A stretch of DNA of 64,000 bases from a virus. Its lineage: Duplodnaviria > Caudoviricetes. Made by a program: the position numbers and the translations under genes. Under the pieces are notes generated by a model. That model worked only from the letters and a program-made list of their open reading frames with translations. It did not search any database and was not told the DNA's origin. Shown here piece after piece: positions 9,717 to 19,682 of this stretch. Where the stretch lies: the IMG/VR virus record IMGVR_UViG_2576861533_000004, positions 1,662 through 65,661 of that record. One strand, 5' to 3'. Each line of letters begins with the position of its first letter. Position 1 is the stretch's first letter.

Positions 9717-11915
9717 CTAAAGCAGTTCTGCTTTAACGGAAAGCCCGTAAGTAATGGCATAGTGTACGCCTCCGTATTCTTTATCTTTCCAGATGATATC
9801 ACCTTGAGACGTCTGACCATTGGGAACCCGGACCTTGTAGTAAAGGTCGAAACTGTAATTGATTTCTTTGATGAAGAACTCTTTGCCGGCTTCATAATCT
9901 TCTTGAGTCGGTACAGTAAACGGTATCTCAATATCCGAAACCTGATCACTTACCTCGTTTTTACGTAGCACTCCGAGCCATTGCGCCGGTGGGGTAATAG
10001 CCTTCTTCCACTCCTCGACTTGTGCCCGTATCTTGAGTTCTACTATGTTTTCACGATTATTGTGAAACGCCCATTTGTAGAGTTGCTCAATCGTTTGTAT
10101 TCCTTGCTCTGCATCCAAGTCTAAATCGGTTTCCCCGACAGGGATTAGGAGACGAAGGGTACGAAGACGGACAGTAGCCGGACGTGAAAGAAGTTTGGGT
10201 AATGTATAGCGCACTGTATCAAGCAGTAATCGTTGGCCATCTATATTGATCGTTTGACTGAAATCAATATTGAGTAATTGAATTGGATTCAAGTGTACAG
10301 GAACTTCAACCGTATGATTGGAATGTCGGAGAATGGCGTCAAATCCCTTCCAAAAACGGGAGAACAGGCCATTATCACCAGTAAAGGTCATGGAGATATC
10401 AAATGTGTGTCCGTTGATGGCAATAGCCTCACCGCCGGGTGCGTAACATCTTGGCGATCCGTAGGGGTAGGGAGTGGATGCACGGGGCATGGAAAAGCAA
10501 AAGCATAGAGGAGTTTGGGTGCTTTGTTCCTCTGCCAGTTCTACGCTGGCGCTGGAAATATTGGTATATTTGTGTACTTTTCCCAGGAGATAGGCAGGAC
10601 AAACCGGTTGGTCATCGGGGTAAGAACCTTTCATCGGCAGGCATTCATCAATAGATGATATCTCCATATAACTGATGTTTGCCCCTTTATCCCAGGGGAA
10701 GAAGTCAGAGCTGCGGGCTTCACGAACTCCGGTCAGATTGTTCCGGACATAATAAAATCCATCCCATAAAGAATAGGTGAGATATCCTTTTGCTGTGTTA
10801 CTTGACAAGACATGGCCAAAGGGTTTAAGAAATTTGTCGAGTGAGTCGGCAGTAGGAGTAGCTACTAAATTGGTATAAGGACCGGAGATATTGGTCGATG
10901 CGGAAAGTTTGAGTTGCTGTGCAGCGGCATAGTTGATAACAGGCCGGGCCGACTTGAGCAGGGACCAGTTCAGTGAGGCCGGAGTTGAGATGATATCTTT
11001 GATAAATTTGAGATTAACGGTTTTATTTTTACCATCAACAAAATACACCATACCAAAGCGACAGTAGAGGGCTTGTAGGAACTCGTTAATCGTGCAATCG
11101 GGTAGAAGGTCAGAGTAATCAATGAAGCCCTTGACTATGCTGTCGGCCATGTTGTTCAGAACTACCAGACGGGAGAGTTGACGGTGGGTTGAGAATGGAT
11201 TTTCAAGGACCGTATAACCGTACTGGACGAATATAAAATTGAGTATCCAAGATACTTTTAAAAATGGGCTGATGGCATAACCTTCAGGAACGGAAGTAAG
11301 GACGGGTTCGTTATTGATAAGGAATGTTTCCTGTCTGGCAGTTCCCTGAAGGGAGTAGGTACCATTCTCTAATTTAGTTATCTTGTTGATGTATTCGGGG
11401 TAGTAAGTGGTGGTTTCCGTACCGTTCACGGTTGTTGTATGTGATGGCATGGCTACACAAATGGGAAAGACGGAAAGAGCATCGTCTACGATTGTTTCAT
11501 TCATAATAGAATTGAGCAGGTTGATGACTCCGGCTGTTCCCCCTTCGGGACGAATAACCGGAGCAGAGAGGGAACGGAGTGAAACAGCATTCCATTCCGA
11601 GTAGAGTTCAGACTCGTCAAAACCTATATTGGATACGATTCCTCCGGATTTGGAGGCTTGTGTGATGTTCATCTTACCTATTCGGTTGTAGACACCATCG
11701 GAGACGGTGACACGGGCATCCGGGGCAGGGGAGTAGGTACTATCCGGACGATGGACATGGGTGATCAGTGAAAGGTTATTTCGGGAGGCAGGAAGCGTGG
11801 CCGGTACGGATTGTGAGCCACGTTCGTTGTAAATAGGGGAGGTGTCTTCGATCTCAATGCTGAAATCGTTTTGAAGATCGAATATTCCTAATTGATTTTT
11901 TATCTTGAGTGACAT
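9717..11915 (-). CDS. Phage tail tip/hub protein (putative)
   Basis: 732 aa immediately downstream of the tape measure gene. Confidence 0.7.
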   Translation of the reverse strand: MSLKIKNQLGIFDLQNDFSIEIEDTSPIYNERGSQSVPATLPASRNNLSLITHVHRPDSTYSPAPDARVTVSDGVYNRIGKMNITQASKSGGIVSNIGFDESELYSEWNAVSLRSLSAPVIRPEGGTAGVINLLNSIMNETIVDDALSVFPICVAMPSHTTTVNGTETTTYYPEYINKITKLENGTYSLQGTARQETFLINNEPVLTSVPEGYAISPFLKVSWILNFIFVQYGYTVLENPFSTHRQLSRLVVLNNMADSIVKGFIDYSDLLPDCTINEFLQALYCRFGMVYFVDGKNKTVNLKFIKDIISTPASLNWSLLKSARPVINYAAAQQLKLSASTNISGPYTNLVATPTADSLDKFLKPFGHVLSSNTAKGYLTYSLWDGFYYVRNNLTGVREARSSDFFPWDKGANISYMEISSIDECLPMKGSYPDDQPVCPAYLLGKVHKYTNISSASVELAEEQSTQTPLCFCFSMPRASTPYPYGSPRCYAPGGEAIAINGHTFDISMTFTGDNGLFSRFWKGFDAILRHSNHTVEVPVHLNPIQLLNIDFSQTINIDGQRLLLDTVRYTLPKLLSRPATVRLRTLRLLIPVGETDLDLDAEQGIQTIEQLYKWAFHNNRENIVELKIRAQVEEWKKAITPPAQWLGVLRKNEVSDQVSDIEIPFTVPTQEDYEAGKEFFIKEINYSFDLYYKVRVPNGQTSQGDIIWKDKEYGGVHYAITYGLSVKAELL

Positions 11916-11918
11916 GTG

Positions 11919-14900
11919 TTATTGTTTTTTACGGGTGAATGGTTCCTTTGATTTATCTGCTAATTCTTGTGCTTCGTTGAGCTCGCGAAGCACGATGTAT
12001 GCTTTGAGGTATTTAAGTTTCTCAATCAGTGCATGTAGCTCTTTGATCAGTTGAGCCAAGTTTGCTTCCTTATCAGTCGGTGAAGAAGTTGTCTGAGAGG
12101 TATGGGAAGTACTGTTACGGATCAGATCGTAATTGCCTTCAGCACGCTGGGGAACTCGGCCACTGCGGGCATCCTGAATGGCCTGTACGACAATGGGGTA
12201 ATTAATGTGGTGCTGAAGACGGGAAAGATCTTCGGCATTGATGATCAGCTCTGCTCCGGATTCTGAGATCAATGAGGTACGGCGGACGATTCCGGTCGGT
12301 GAATCACCTATGTAGGGAACATCCCGATAGGTCCGGCCATCATCTTCACCAATGACATCGTATCTGCCGGATGCCCATTGTTTGACTTGCACCTGAGCAG
12401 TTTTGGTACTGTCGGTATTGTTATCGGTTGCGGAAGTGGAAGAACTCCCCCCCTTAATCAATCCTTTGAGCGTTGATTTTGCAGCGGCCAATGCTCCCAT
12501 GATCAGTCCGGAGAGAACTGCGGCACGGGCTGCACCGGTTGCTCCAAAGGTTGCAACAGAGTCGGGCATGGCATAGGCTTCGGCAGCAGAACGGGCTACA
12601 GCTCCGACGGCTACACCCGTGGCCTTGGCTATTTCAATATCAATCATCTGGCTCAGTACATCGAATAGGATATCGAGCATGGTATCAGCAAAGTTCTGCA
12701 AGGCATTTTCTTGACCTGATATCATTTGTCCGAGGGTATCGCCGATCTGTTCACCGTATTGCCGGTACTGTTGTGCCTGTTCAGTGAGCCTTTGTTTCTC
12801 CTTCCTGGCCAGTTCGTCTTTTTTCTTTTGAGCGGCATCTTCAAGTTTCTTCCGCTCTTTTTCTTCATCTTGAAGACATTTTACTTTAAAGTCGAGTAGT
12901 TGTTGTTCAATGGTGCGCTGTTGATCAGCGTCGAGATTAGCAATTTTGAGAACACGTTCCAGGTGCATGATAGTGAGGTGCTCCATTGCTTCATTGTACT
13001 CTTTCTCTGTTTTCAGATTTTCATCCTTACCGGAAACATAGAGAAGTTTTAGGTCCTTTTGTTGGTTTTCATAAAGTGTCTTTTCTTCAGCGAGCTGTCG
13101 GTTCATCTGCTCTTTTTGCTGCTTAATTTTGATATCGTTGATTCGATTTTGGGCATCAATACCTTCTTTACTTTTTGCACCGGCTATATTAATGATACGT
13201 TGCTGATGTTCTAATTCGAGGGTTTCCATCCGGTTATTGAACTGCTGTTCGGTTTGCAAGGTTTCGTCCTGGCGTTTGAGATAGGCTTCTTTGAGTTCCG
13301 ACTGGTGTTGAGAGTAGAGCTTGGCTTCTTCTTCAAGCCTCTTTTTAAGAAGGGATTTGGCTTTCTCTTCATCAATTACGGGAGTTGTTATTTTGTTATT
13401 TGTAGTTTCTTCATTCGCTTTGTTGACCTCCTCTATGGCTAAAGCTGATTCGCCTATCTCTTTGGTTATTTCATCTATTTTCTCAGAAATTGAGGATAAA
13501 TTTTTTCGCGTTTCATTAAGAGTTTCTAAAGCTTTTCCTTCTTTTTCTGTGCCAAAAAGTCTGGAAATTTTAGCTGTAAGGCTATTCCGATTATATCCTT
13601 GTAAGGTATTGGTTTGGCGAATCTTCCAATATTGATCACTTTGGGTTTCTTCATCTTTTTCCAGTGTACGTTTCTGGGCATAAAGATTTTCAAGTTCTTG
13701 CTGTGCTGCTTTTAACTTGATTTGCTTTTCAAGTTGTACCAGGTAATCTTTGATTGCGTCTGTATTGTTTTTCGTTAATGTTCCTTCATCGGTTAGTTTG
13801 GCATTGTAGTCTGGAATGATTTCTTTTAGATCATTTAAAGCCTTTCGACGAACATCAAGCGCAATTCCATTATCATTGATGACAGCAGTCAAAGCACGTA
13901 TCTTCGATTCTTGTTGAATAAATGATTTATTGGTCTCTTCATTTACTTTTTTTATTCCTGATACAGAATCTTTTAATTCATCGTTTTTCTTTTTTAAGTT
14001 TATGAGGTAGGCTATAGCTGTGGCCGCGACTACGGCTATTATACCATAGGGGTTTGTCATTAGCTCTTTCTTAATGGCTTTTAAAGACTTTGCAATATTA
14101 TTATTCCAAAATGTAACGACTTTACTGATTATTACATCAGAGTTCTTAGCAGCTGTGTAAGCTATAAGGGCAATGGTCAATAATGTAATGGCCCTTTTGT
14201 TTTCATTGATGAAATTTAATAGTTTAATGAGTTTTCCAGTCCAACTGACAGCACCATTTGCTGCTGATATGAGGGCGGGATTGAGTTTTTCTAATAATTC
14301 AATACCAAGTTCCTGCATGCGGTTTTTAGCTTGCGATAGTTTAGCTGCCGCTGTTTCTGATTTTGTGGCAGCCTGTTCCATGGCTACAGATGTACCCGTA
14401 ACTGCTTGAGTGTAGTATTTTACCTTATCGGCTTCATTGATAAGTACGGAGGCCACATTGTATCCTTCTTCTCCAAATTGCTTCTTAATCTGGGCTGCTG
14501 AGAGTTGCTTTTTCTGAAGGTTATCCAAAGCTTTCTCTAAACCAACGATTTTGGGATTTGTATCGTCTGCTCCGGTTTGTAGGGTAAGGAAGAATTTCTT
14601 TAAACCGGTACCGGCTATTTCGTCTTTGATACCTTTTTCGGCCAATGTTTCAATAGTACCCACGAGCTGTTCGATAGGAATTTCGGCAGAGGCAGCAGCT
14701 ACTCCGGATTTGGTAACGGCTGTGGTGACGGACTCTACGGCTGCCGCTCCATATTTAGAGCCGGCGGCCATGACGTTTGCATAGCGTGAAGCTTGGTCGG
14801 CACCATCACCGTATTGATTAAGAGAAAGGGTTACGGCATCGACTGCATCCTTCAGGGTCATACCTGATGCAGAAGCTAATATAAGGGTCTGTTTTGTCAC

Positions 14901-15647
14901 CTCGGCCAAAGCTTCTTTGTTGTCAAGAAGTTCGGGCTTGGCAGAGCCTACCAATTTGTAGGCATCAAGAATTTCTGTTGCGGACTGTCTAATGCGAATG
15001 CCGGATTCGGTCATTGTCGTTGACAACTGGACAGCTTGCTGTTCCAACCAGTTTATATCGTCTTTGGAAAGTCCGGTAAGAGCTTCAACATCGGCTTTTG
15101 CTTCTTCACGTTTGTTTCGCTGTTCTCGGAGTTGGTTGAGCTTCATAGAAACTCCGGTGATAGCTGCTATGACAGTACCGATCAGACCAATATATTTGTT
15201 AATGAATCCGGAGGCACGTGACCAGACATTACCTTGTGCACCTACCTCGACACGCATGGCGGCTTGTGCTCTGGAAAGGGCTTCGGTGACACGCCGATTC
15301 TGCTCAAGAGCTGCAGTATATTGTTTCGTTCCGGGCACTGCATTACGAAGCTCTTTCCGGACGCGGGACTGGACAGCAAGGAGTTCGTTGTAAGTTGCTC
15401 CGGAGAGGCTTTTGAGAACCCGTTCTGTTTCGGCTAACTGTTTCTCGTAATTCTGAAGAGTTCGGTTTTTTGCATCCAGTTCTTTTTTGAGATCCTGGGA
15501 GCGCTTTGCATAATCTACTTCTTTTCCGGTAAGTGACCTGAGTTTATCTTCAAGACGAGAAATACTTTCTTTTACCAGGTCTATTTTATTAGTGGCTTCT
15601 GAGCCATCAATATAAAGTTTAATACTGCGGTTTAGGTCGTTTGCCAT
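11919..15647 (-). CDS. Tail tape measure protein (TP901-like core)
   Basis: 1242 aa; coiled coils; Ala/Gly-rich helical repeats; characteristic core (ANVMAAGSKYG...AGTGLKKFF). Confidence 0.92.
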   Translation of the reverse strand: MANDLNRSIKLYIDGSEATNKIDLVKESISRLEDKLRSLTGKEVDYAKRSQDLKKELDAKNRTLQNYEKQLAETERVLKSLSGATYNELLAVQSRVRKELRNAVPGTKQYTAALEQNRRVTEALSRAQAAMRVEVGAQGNVWSRASGFINKYIGLIGTVIAAITGVSMKLNQLREQRNKREEAKADVEALTGLSKDDINWLEQQAVQLSTTMTESGIRIRQSATEILDAYKLVGSAKPELLDNKEALAEVTKQTLILASASGMTLKDAVDAVTLSLNQYGDGADQASRYANVMAAGSKYGAAAVESVTTAVTKSGVAAASAEIPIEQLVGTIETLAEKGIKDEIAGTGLKKFFLTLQTGADDTNPKIVGLEKALDNLQKKQLSAAQIKKQFGEEGYNVASVLINEADKVKYYTQAVTGTSVAMEQAATKSETAAAKLSQAKNRMQELGIELLEKLNPALISAANGAVSWTGKLIKLLNFINENKRAITLLTIALIAYTAAKNSDVIISKVVTFWNNNIAKSLKAIKKELMTNPYGIIAVVAATAIAYLINLKKKNDELKDSVSGIKKVNEETNKSFIQQESKIRALTAVINDNGIALDVRRKALNDLKEIIPDYNAKLTDEGTLTKNNTDAIKDYLVQLEKQIKLKAAQQELENLYAQKRTLEKDEETQSDQYWKIRQTNTLQGYNRNSLTAKISRLFGTEKEGKALETLNETRKNLSSISEKIDEITKEIGESALAIEEVNKANEETTNNKITTPVIDEEKAKSLLKKRLEEEAKLYSQHQSELKEAYLKRQDETLQTEQQFNNRMETLELEHQQRIINIAGAKSKEGIDAQNRINDIKIKQQKEQMNRQLAEEKTLYENQQKDLKLLYVSGKDENLKTEKEYNEAMEHLTIMHLERVLKIANLDADQQRTIEQQLLDFKVKCLQDEEKERKKLEDAAQKKKDELARKEKQRLTEQAQQYRQYGEQIGDTLGQMISGQENALQNFADTMLDILFDVLSQMIDIEIAKATGVAVGAVARSAAEAYAMPDSVATFGATGAARAAVLSGLIMGALAAAKSTLKGLIKGGSSSTSATDNNTDSTKTAQVQVKQWASGRYDVIGEDDGRTYRDVPYIGDSPTGIVRRTSLISESGAELIINAEDLSRLQHHINYPIVVQAIQDARSGRVPQRAEGNYDLIRNSTSHTSQTTSSPTDKEANLAQLIKELHALIEKLKYLKAYIVLRELNEAQELADKSKEPFTRKKQ

Positions 15648-15648
15648 A

Positions 15649-16269
15649 TTAGAGACTGTTTCGTTTATCTATGTATATTCGGGTAGCATCAATCAGCATG
15701 GTGTCGAAATAATCGGTGACGATATCGGCTAATTCATTGATCCGGTTACGAATTACAGGGTCAAACCATTCGTAGGCCCGGCGGTTGCCTTCATTCTGTC
15801 GTCCGAGTGATTTGAGATTTGTATGGCGTACAATACCGGTATCTATCTCGACTCCATTAATTTTTTTGAGGTAATTCCATTTGGAACCGATGAAGCCACC
15901 CTGACCTTCGCCGGCGCCCTTGTGGATGTAGATTCCATGCCGAGGAAAGGAGAAACCAAGACGGTTGATAATACCGTATTTGTCGGTGTAGGCCCGTGGC
16001 TCAAGTTCGCGGGCTATTCGCATACTGCGGCCGGCTATTCCGGCTCGTAATTGTCGGGCCACACTATCTTGCCACTTTTCAACGGCCTTGTTATATGCAG
16101 TCAGTCTATCAGCATCCTGAGCCATTGAAAAGCGTTCGGTTTCTGAGACGGTTTCAAGGCGGATCAGTCCGGATGCCGGGGCATTAGTCAACTGTGTGGC
16201 TTTTCGGCGGGAGGCGTTATAGCGTTTGACTTCAGCACGATAGGTACTTAATCTTTTATAATATCCCAT
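15649..16269 (-). CDS. Phage neck/tail completion protein (putative)
   Basis: Basic 206-aa protein upstream of the tape measure gene. Confidence 0.5.
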   Translation of the reverse strand: MGYYKRLSTYRAEVKRYNASRRKATQLTNAPASGLIRLETVSETERFSMAQDADRLTAYNKAVEKWQDSVARQLRAGIAGRSMRIARELEPRAYTDKYGIINRLGFSFPRHGIYIHKGAGEGQGGFIGSKWNYLKKINGVEIDTGIVRHTNLKSLGRQNEGNRRAYEWFDPVIRNRINELADIVTDYFDTMLIDATRIYIDKRNSL

Positions 16270-16271
16270 CG

Positions 16272-16757
16272 TTAATCCTCCCAGTATGTTTGATCAATGA
16301 AATAGGTTTCAGGTTGAGCCAAAGAGAATGTCAGTACTACACCATAGAAATTATCACCAATCGGACCAATACCATTAAATTGAATGGTATCGTCAATGAA
16401 TTCTGAAATGTCGGGGTCTTGCAGGATACAGTTCCGAATTTGTTTTGCGACAGCTTTGCATTCTTTTGCTGCCTGGTTGACTGTTTCCGGACGATCAGAA
16501 ACAGTGTTCTGTACAACAATGAAAGAGAACATATCATTGTTATTAAGCGCATCCGCTTCGTTTCGTTTTGATTCAGACTCACAGCCATCAACTGCAATCA
16601 GGATCATGCCGGATACGGATGATAGTTTCTCATTAAAATTATATAAGTCCTCAAGTCCGAAAGCGGTGAAGAATCTGGGCTTTTCGGGTGTGTGGGCAAT
16701 AGGCTTTAAGCGGATGGCAAGTGTTTTGCCATATTCAAAGTGGTTGTATATCTCCAT
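16272..16757 (-). CDS. Tail terminator-like protein (putative)
   Basis: Acidic 161-aa protein; GPIGDNFYGV motif; position in the operon. Confidence 0.5.
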   Translation of the reverse strand: MEIYNHFEYGKTLAIRLKPIAHTPEKPRFFTAFGLEDLYNFNEKLSSVSGMILIAVDGCESESKRNEADALNNNDMFSFIVVQNTVSDRPETVNQAAKECKAVAKQIRNCILQDPDISEFIDDTIQFNGIGPIGDNFYGVVLTFSLAQPETYFIDQTYWED

Positions 16758-16782
16758 AAAAGTCAGGGGTTAGGTTATGGAG

Positions 16783-16820
16783 ACAAAAATAGCCCGCAGA
16801 GAGCGGGCTATAAAGGACAG
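16783..16820 (-). promoter_or_regulatory. Putative late promoter overlapping a GC-rich hairpin (16789-16811)
   Basis: CTGTCCTTT...TATTTTTGT; hairpin ATAGCCCGC-AGAGA-GCGGGCTAT. Confidence 0.6.
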
Positions 16821-16828
16821 GTAGAAAG

Positions 16829-16951
16829 CTACTGAGATAACAGGATGTGAATCAATTCACGAAGTTGTGCGGCTGCACGTTGCTTCTCTATTGGTGATGT
16901 ACTTTCGGATAATAGTATATCAATGAGGGCTAATGCTTTTTCTTTATTCAT
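16829..16951 (-). CDS. Unannotated 40-aa helical peptide MNKEKALALIDILLSE...
   Basis: ATG-to-TAG ORF read manually; AT-rich leader; below the size cutoff of the ORF track. Confidence 0.45.
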   Translation of the reverse strand: MNKEKALALIDILLSESTSPIEKQRAAAQLRELIHILLSQ

Positions 16952-17048
16952 TGTGATTTGATTTTAAAATGATTAAATGTATAACGAACACTAACTAAAA
17001 GCCAAACGGCTCGTATTTCTGCGAGTTTGGCACGGCGAGTATTACGGG

Positions 17049-17297
17049 TCATAGCTGATTTCCTTTCTTGTTATTGGTATCGGCAATGGCATCAATGTAT
17101 TTCCTAATGGTACGAAGTCCCATAATCAAATTAAGTCTCTCTTTGTCCGTTATATTACAGGTATCAATTACAAGGAGGGTATCAATAGCCTCTTCTAAAG
17201 AACGTTTCATCCAATCATGTTCGCAGTCTTGAATACGGTGGATGACTTCGATAGCGTTCTCCGTCAGGGTGATACCGTTAATTTGAGTAGTGATCAT
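17049..17297 (-). CDS. Small hypothetical protein in the immunity-like moron
   Basis: 82 aa; overlaps the upstream ORF (ATGA). Confidence 0.65.
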   Translation of the reverse strand: MITTQINGITLTENAIEVIHRIQDCEHDWMKRSLEEAIDTLLVIDTCNITDKERLNLIMGLRTIRKYIDAIADTNNKKGNQL

Positions 17298-17539
17298 TGT
17301 TTACCTCCTTTCTTAGCTTTGATAACACAATAAATGGCTGCAAGAATACATGGAGGAAAGATGAACGTAGCACAAAGGCAAGCAATGGCACTGACATAGT
17401 AAGCGTCAGAGGAGGTTTTAACTTTGCAATCGGATGGGATAAAATCATCAATTGCGGAGTTGGACTGATGGGGGATTGTGGTGCGTTCCGGTGTGCGGAA
17501 TTGAGGCACGAAAAGGGTGCCAGTGGATTTTTTTTTCAT
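17294..17539 (-). CDS. Small Icd/Ash/Kil-like protein with a C-terminal hydrophobic segment
   Basis: First ORF after the antisense-like leader; hydrophobic C-terminus ending KKGGKQ. Confidence 0.55.
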   Translation of the reverse strand: MKKKSTGTLFVPQFRTPERTTIPHQSNSAIDDFIPSDCKVKTSSDAYYVSAIACLCATFIFPPCILAAIYCVIKAKKGGKQ

Positions 17540-17542
17540 ACT

Positions 17543-17771
17543 TACTTTGGTTTTGACGTTTAGTAGAATTCAGTTCTACAATCTGAAGTACAAGAACGGC
17601 TGCACTTTCCCGAGTTCGTCAAAACCAAAGTAGTATCCAACTCCGAAGAGAAAATTCTACTGGGGAAAGGCAGCCGTATATTTTATAAAATGGACATAAA
17701 AAAAGCCCATCTTTTAAGACTGAGCATTAACCGCGCTCTGCGGAGTAGGAACCTCCTACTTTGGTTTTGAC
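17543..17771 (-). ncRNA. c4/CI-like antisense RNA leader with complementary boxes
   Basis: A 15-16-nt box at 17543 and 17756 and its reverse complement at 17617, enclosed in a stem formed by 17596-17611 and 17663-17677. Confidence 0.65.
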
Positions 17772-17775
17772 TTTG

Positions 17776-17807
17776 CAAATATGGAGATAATATTTGGAAG
17801 TTGCAAA
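17776..17807 (-). promoter_or_regulatory. Bacteroides sigmaA-type promoter for the antisense-like leader
   Basis: TTTG (-33) and CATATTTG (-7-like) on the minus strand, with the two TTTG motifs about 28 nt apart. Confidence 0.5.
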
Positions 17808-17823
17808 TAATAATAGCATAAGA

Positions 17824-18777
17824 TTAAAGTGAGCGCAAAAAGTCGTTTTCAGAAAGAATTTCTAATGTAGCTCCTTTTTCGATCATTTTGATCGCTTTTT
17901 CTTGTTTACTACTCATCCCGTCTTCACCCACGATTTTGAAGTCTTGTTGTCCGACAATAAGGTAATCTGTTTCTTTGTTTACTCCAGTTTGGTTGATTCC
18001 TCCTATGTCAGCTATGATTTGTTGAGCTTCTAATCGTCTCATCGAAGATAAGGTTCCTGTGAAAACAACATGCTTTTGGTAAAAGATGGAATCTGGATTT
18101 TCTTTACTTTTATCGCCTTTTATCGCTTGCAGTAATTTTGCTTTTTGCTTCCGTTTACAGGTAGATGGTATATATCCTTGAGAATTAAAAGTTCCAAAAT
18201 AAACTTGAAATTTATTCTCGATGTCATTAAAGTCATTATCGCATGCAATGTCCTTGCTAAGATCAACCTCTTTTTCTTTAGCCGCTAACAATAGGAGTTC
18301 CGCACATGCTCTTGAATCTTCACCTGCGTCATGTTTCCCAGGAATAATATTGAAAGCGTTGCACAGTGATGAAAGACTATATGAAGGCTGTACCCAAGTC
18401 CTTCGGGCAATAGCTAAAGTGCATAGGAAGATTCCGTCTAAAGGAACTATATTGTATCTTTCTAACATACATAAAAGTACATTTATGTCAAATGTTGCAT
18501 TATGTGCTACAATTATATTACCCATCTCTTCATTTCCAAAATATGGAAGGATTTCAGGCCATAGCTCTTTAAATGTAGGTTGTCCTTGTACCATAGTTTC
18601 ATCTATGCCATGTATGGAGGTGTTGAAAGTACTAAAAGATTGCTCTGGATTAATAATCCAAGATTTTACATCTTTAATAGCTCCATTTTGTACAGTAGTT
18701 ATACCCAGTTGACATGCGCTGTCGCGATATTCATTTGCGGTTTCAAAGTCAATAGATATAAAATCATATATTTCCAT
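17824..18777 (-). CDS. DEDDh 3'-5' exonuclease (Pol III epsilon-like) with a C-terminal BRCT domain
   Basis: IDFETA, AHNATFD and HDAGEDS motifs; C-terminal VVFTGTL..RLEA..IGG..VNKETDYLIVG. Confidence 0.9.
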   Translation of the reverse strand: MEIYDFISIDFETANEYRDSACQLGITTVQNGAIKDVKSWIINPEQSFSTFNTSIHGIDETMVQGQPTFKELWPEILPYFGNEEMGNIIVAHNATFDINVLLCMLERYNIVPLDGIFLCTLAIARRTWVQPSYSLSSLCNAFNIIPGKHDAGEDSRACAELLLLAAKEKEVDLSKDIACDNDFNDIENKFQVYFGTFNSQGYIPSTCKRKQKAKLLQAIKGDKSKENPDSIFYQKHVVFTGTLSSMRRLEAQQIIADIGGINQTGVNKETDYLIVGQQDFKIVGEDGMSSKQEKAIKMIEKGATLEILSENDFLRSL

Positions 18778-18789
18778 AGATTAAAAAGG

Positions 18790-18893
18790 GCGAATCCCTT
18801 ATCACTACGTGCCCAAAAGGTATATCTGACCTCCAATCCGATTCTACGGATTACGCAATGAAAAGGGATTCATGTTATGATATAACATTGGGC
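18790..18893 (-). ncRNA. Candidate structured leader RNA upstream of the exonuclease
   Basis: Multiple nested complementary segments (see findings). Confidence 0.45.
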
Positions 18894-19071
18894 GAGAGCT
18901 AAAGTACAAAATAATCTGAAATATAAAAGAGAATCTATGGAATATATACCATGTTTATGGTATTTTTAATGTGAATCTTAAAAAAAATAATGAAATATGT
19001 TCTTTTTTTATGGGAAAACAATAGTTTTGCGAAACAGTGATTTTTTATTTTTTAATTAAACCTTTTAGATT

Positions 19072-19662
19072 ATGAAAAAGAATTTATTACTCGTTTCGCT
19101 TTGGGGAATCTTATCCTGTTTTATGTTATCATCTTGCAATAATGAGAATGAAGAAAGTATAAGTTTACCTGATTCTCAAGTGTACATCACAAAGATGAAT
19201 GTCACAAATGCAGCAAATACACGCAGTACTTATAATTGTAATGAGGTACAGAATGTAAGTTTTGAGGATTTTATATCCGGAAAATCCTATGACTTTATTT
19301 TTCTGGTCTATTCTGACAATACGTATGGAATAGATATCGACAAAGACGGAACCGTTGATATGATGGTAACTGTGAAAGATAATGAAATTACCGCTACTTC
19401 GAAAAACAATGAGTTTGAGACGGTGGTTGTTGGGCAAGAAGACAATGAACGCTACACAACGTATACGTTAAACGCTCCACAAACCAGAGTTACATATAGG
19501 CATATATCATGGTTTTCATGTGTGAAACGCCTGACTCTTAATGAAGATGTAGCAATGGGATCAGGTCTTGCAAGTATGTTCCGTAAGTATGCGTTTGGTT
19601 ATGTCGCTGGAGCTGCTGCCGTTATATGTTTGAACGATAGTAACAGATGGGACGTTAGTTGA
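19072..19662 (+). CDS. Lipoprotein moron with a hydrophobic Cys-flanked C-terminal peptide
   Basis: Lipobox LSSC followed by acidic residues; NTRS and QTRV sites; SWFSC...AAAVIC tail. Confidence 0.75.
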   Translation: MKKNLLLVSLWGILSCFMLSSCNNENEESISLPDSQVYITKMNVTNAANTRSTYNCNEVQNVSFEDFISGKSYDFIFLVYSDNTYGIDIDKDGTVDMMVTVKDNEITATSKNNEFETVVVGQEDNERYTTYTLNAPQTRVTYRHISWFSCVKRLTLNEDVAMGSGLASMFRKYAFGYVAGAAAVICLNDSNRWDVS

Positions 19663-19682
19663 GGTCTAAGAAGGAATTTGAT

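Noticed and set aside
12446-12453. C7 run in the tape measure gene as a phase-variation site
   Set aside because: The frame is intact (KGGS) and the gene is probably essential; there is no evidence of switching.
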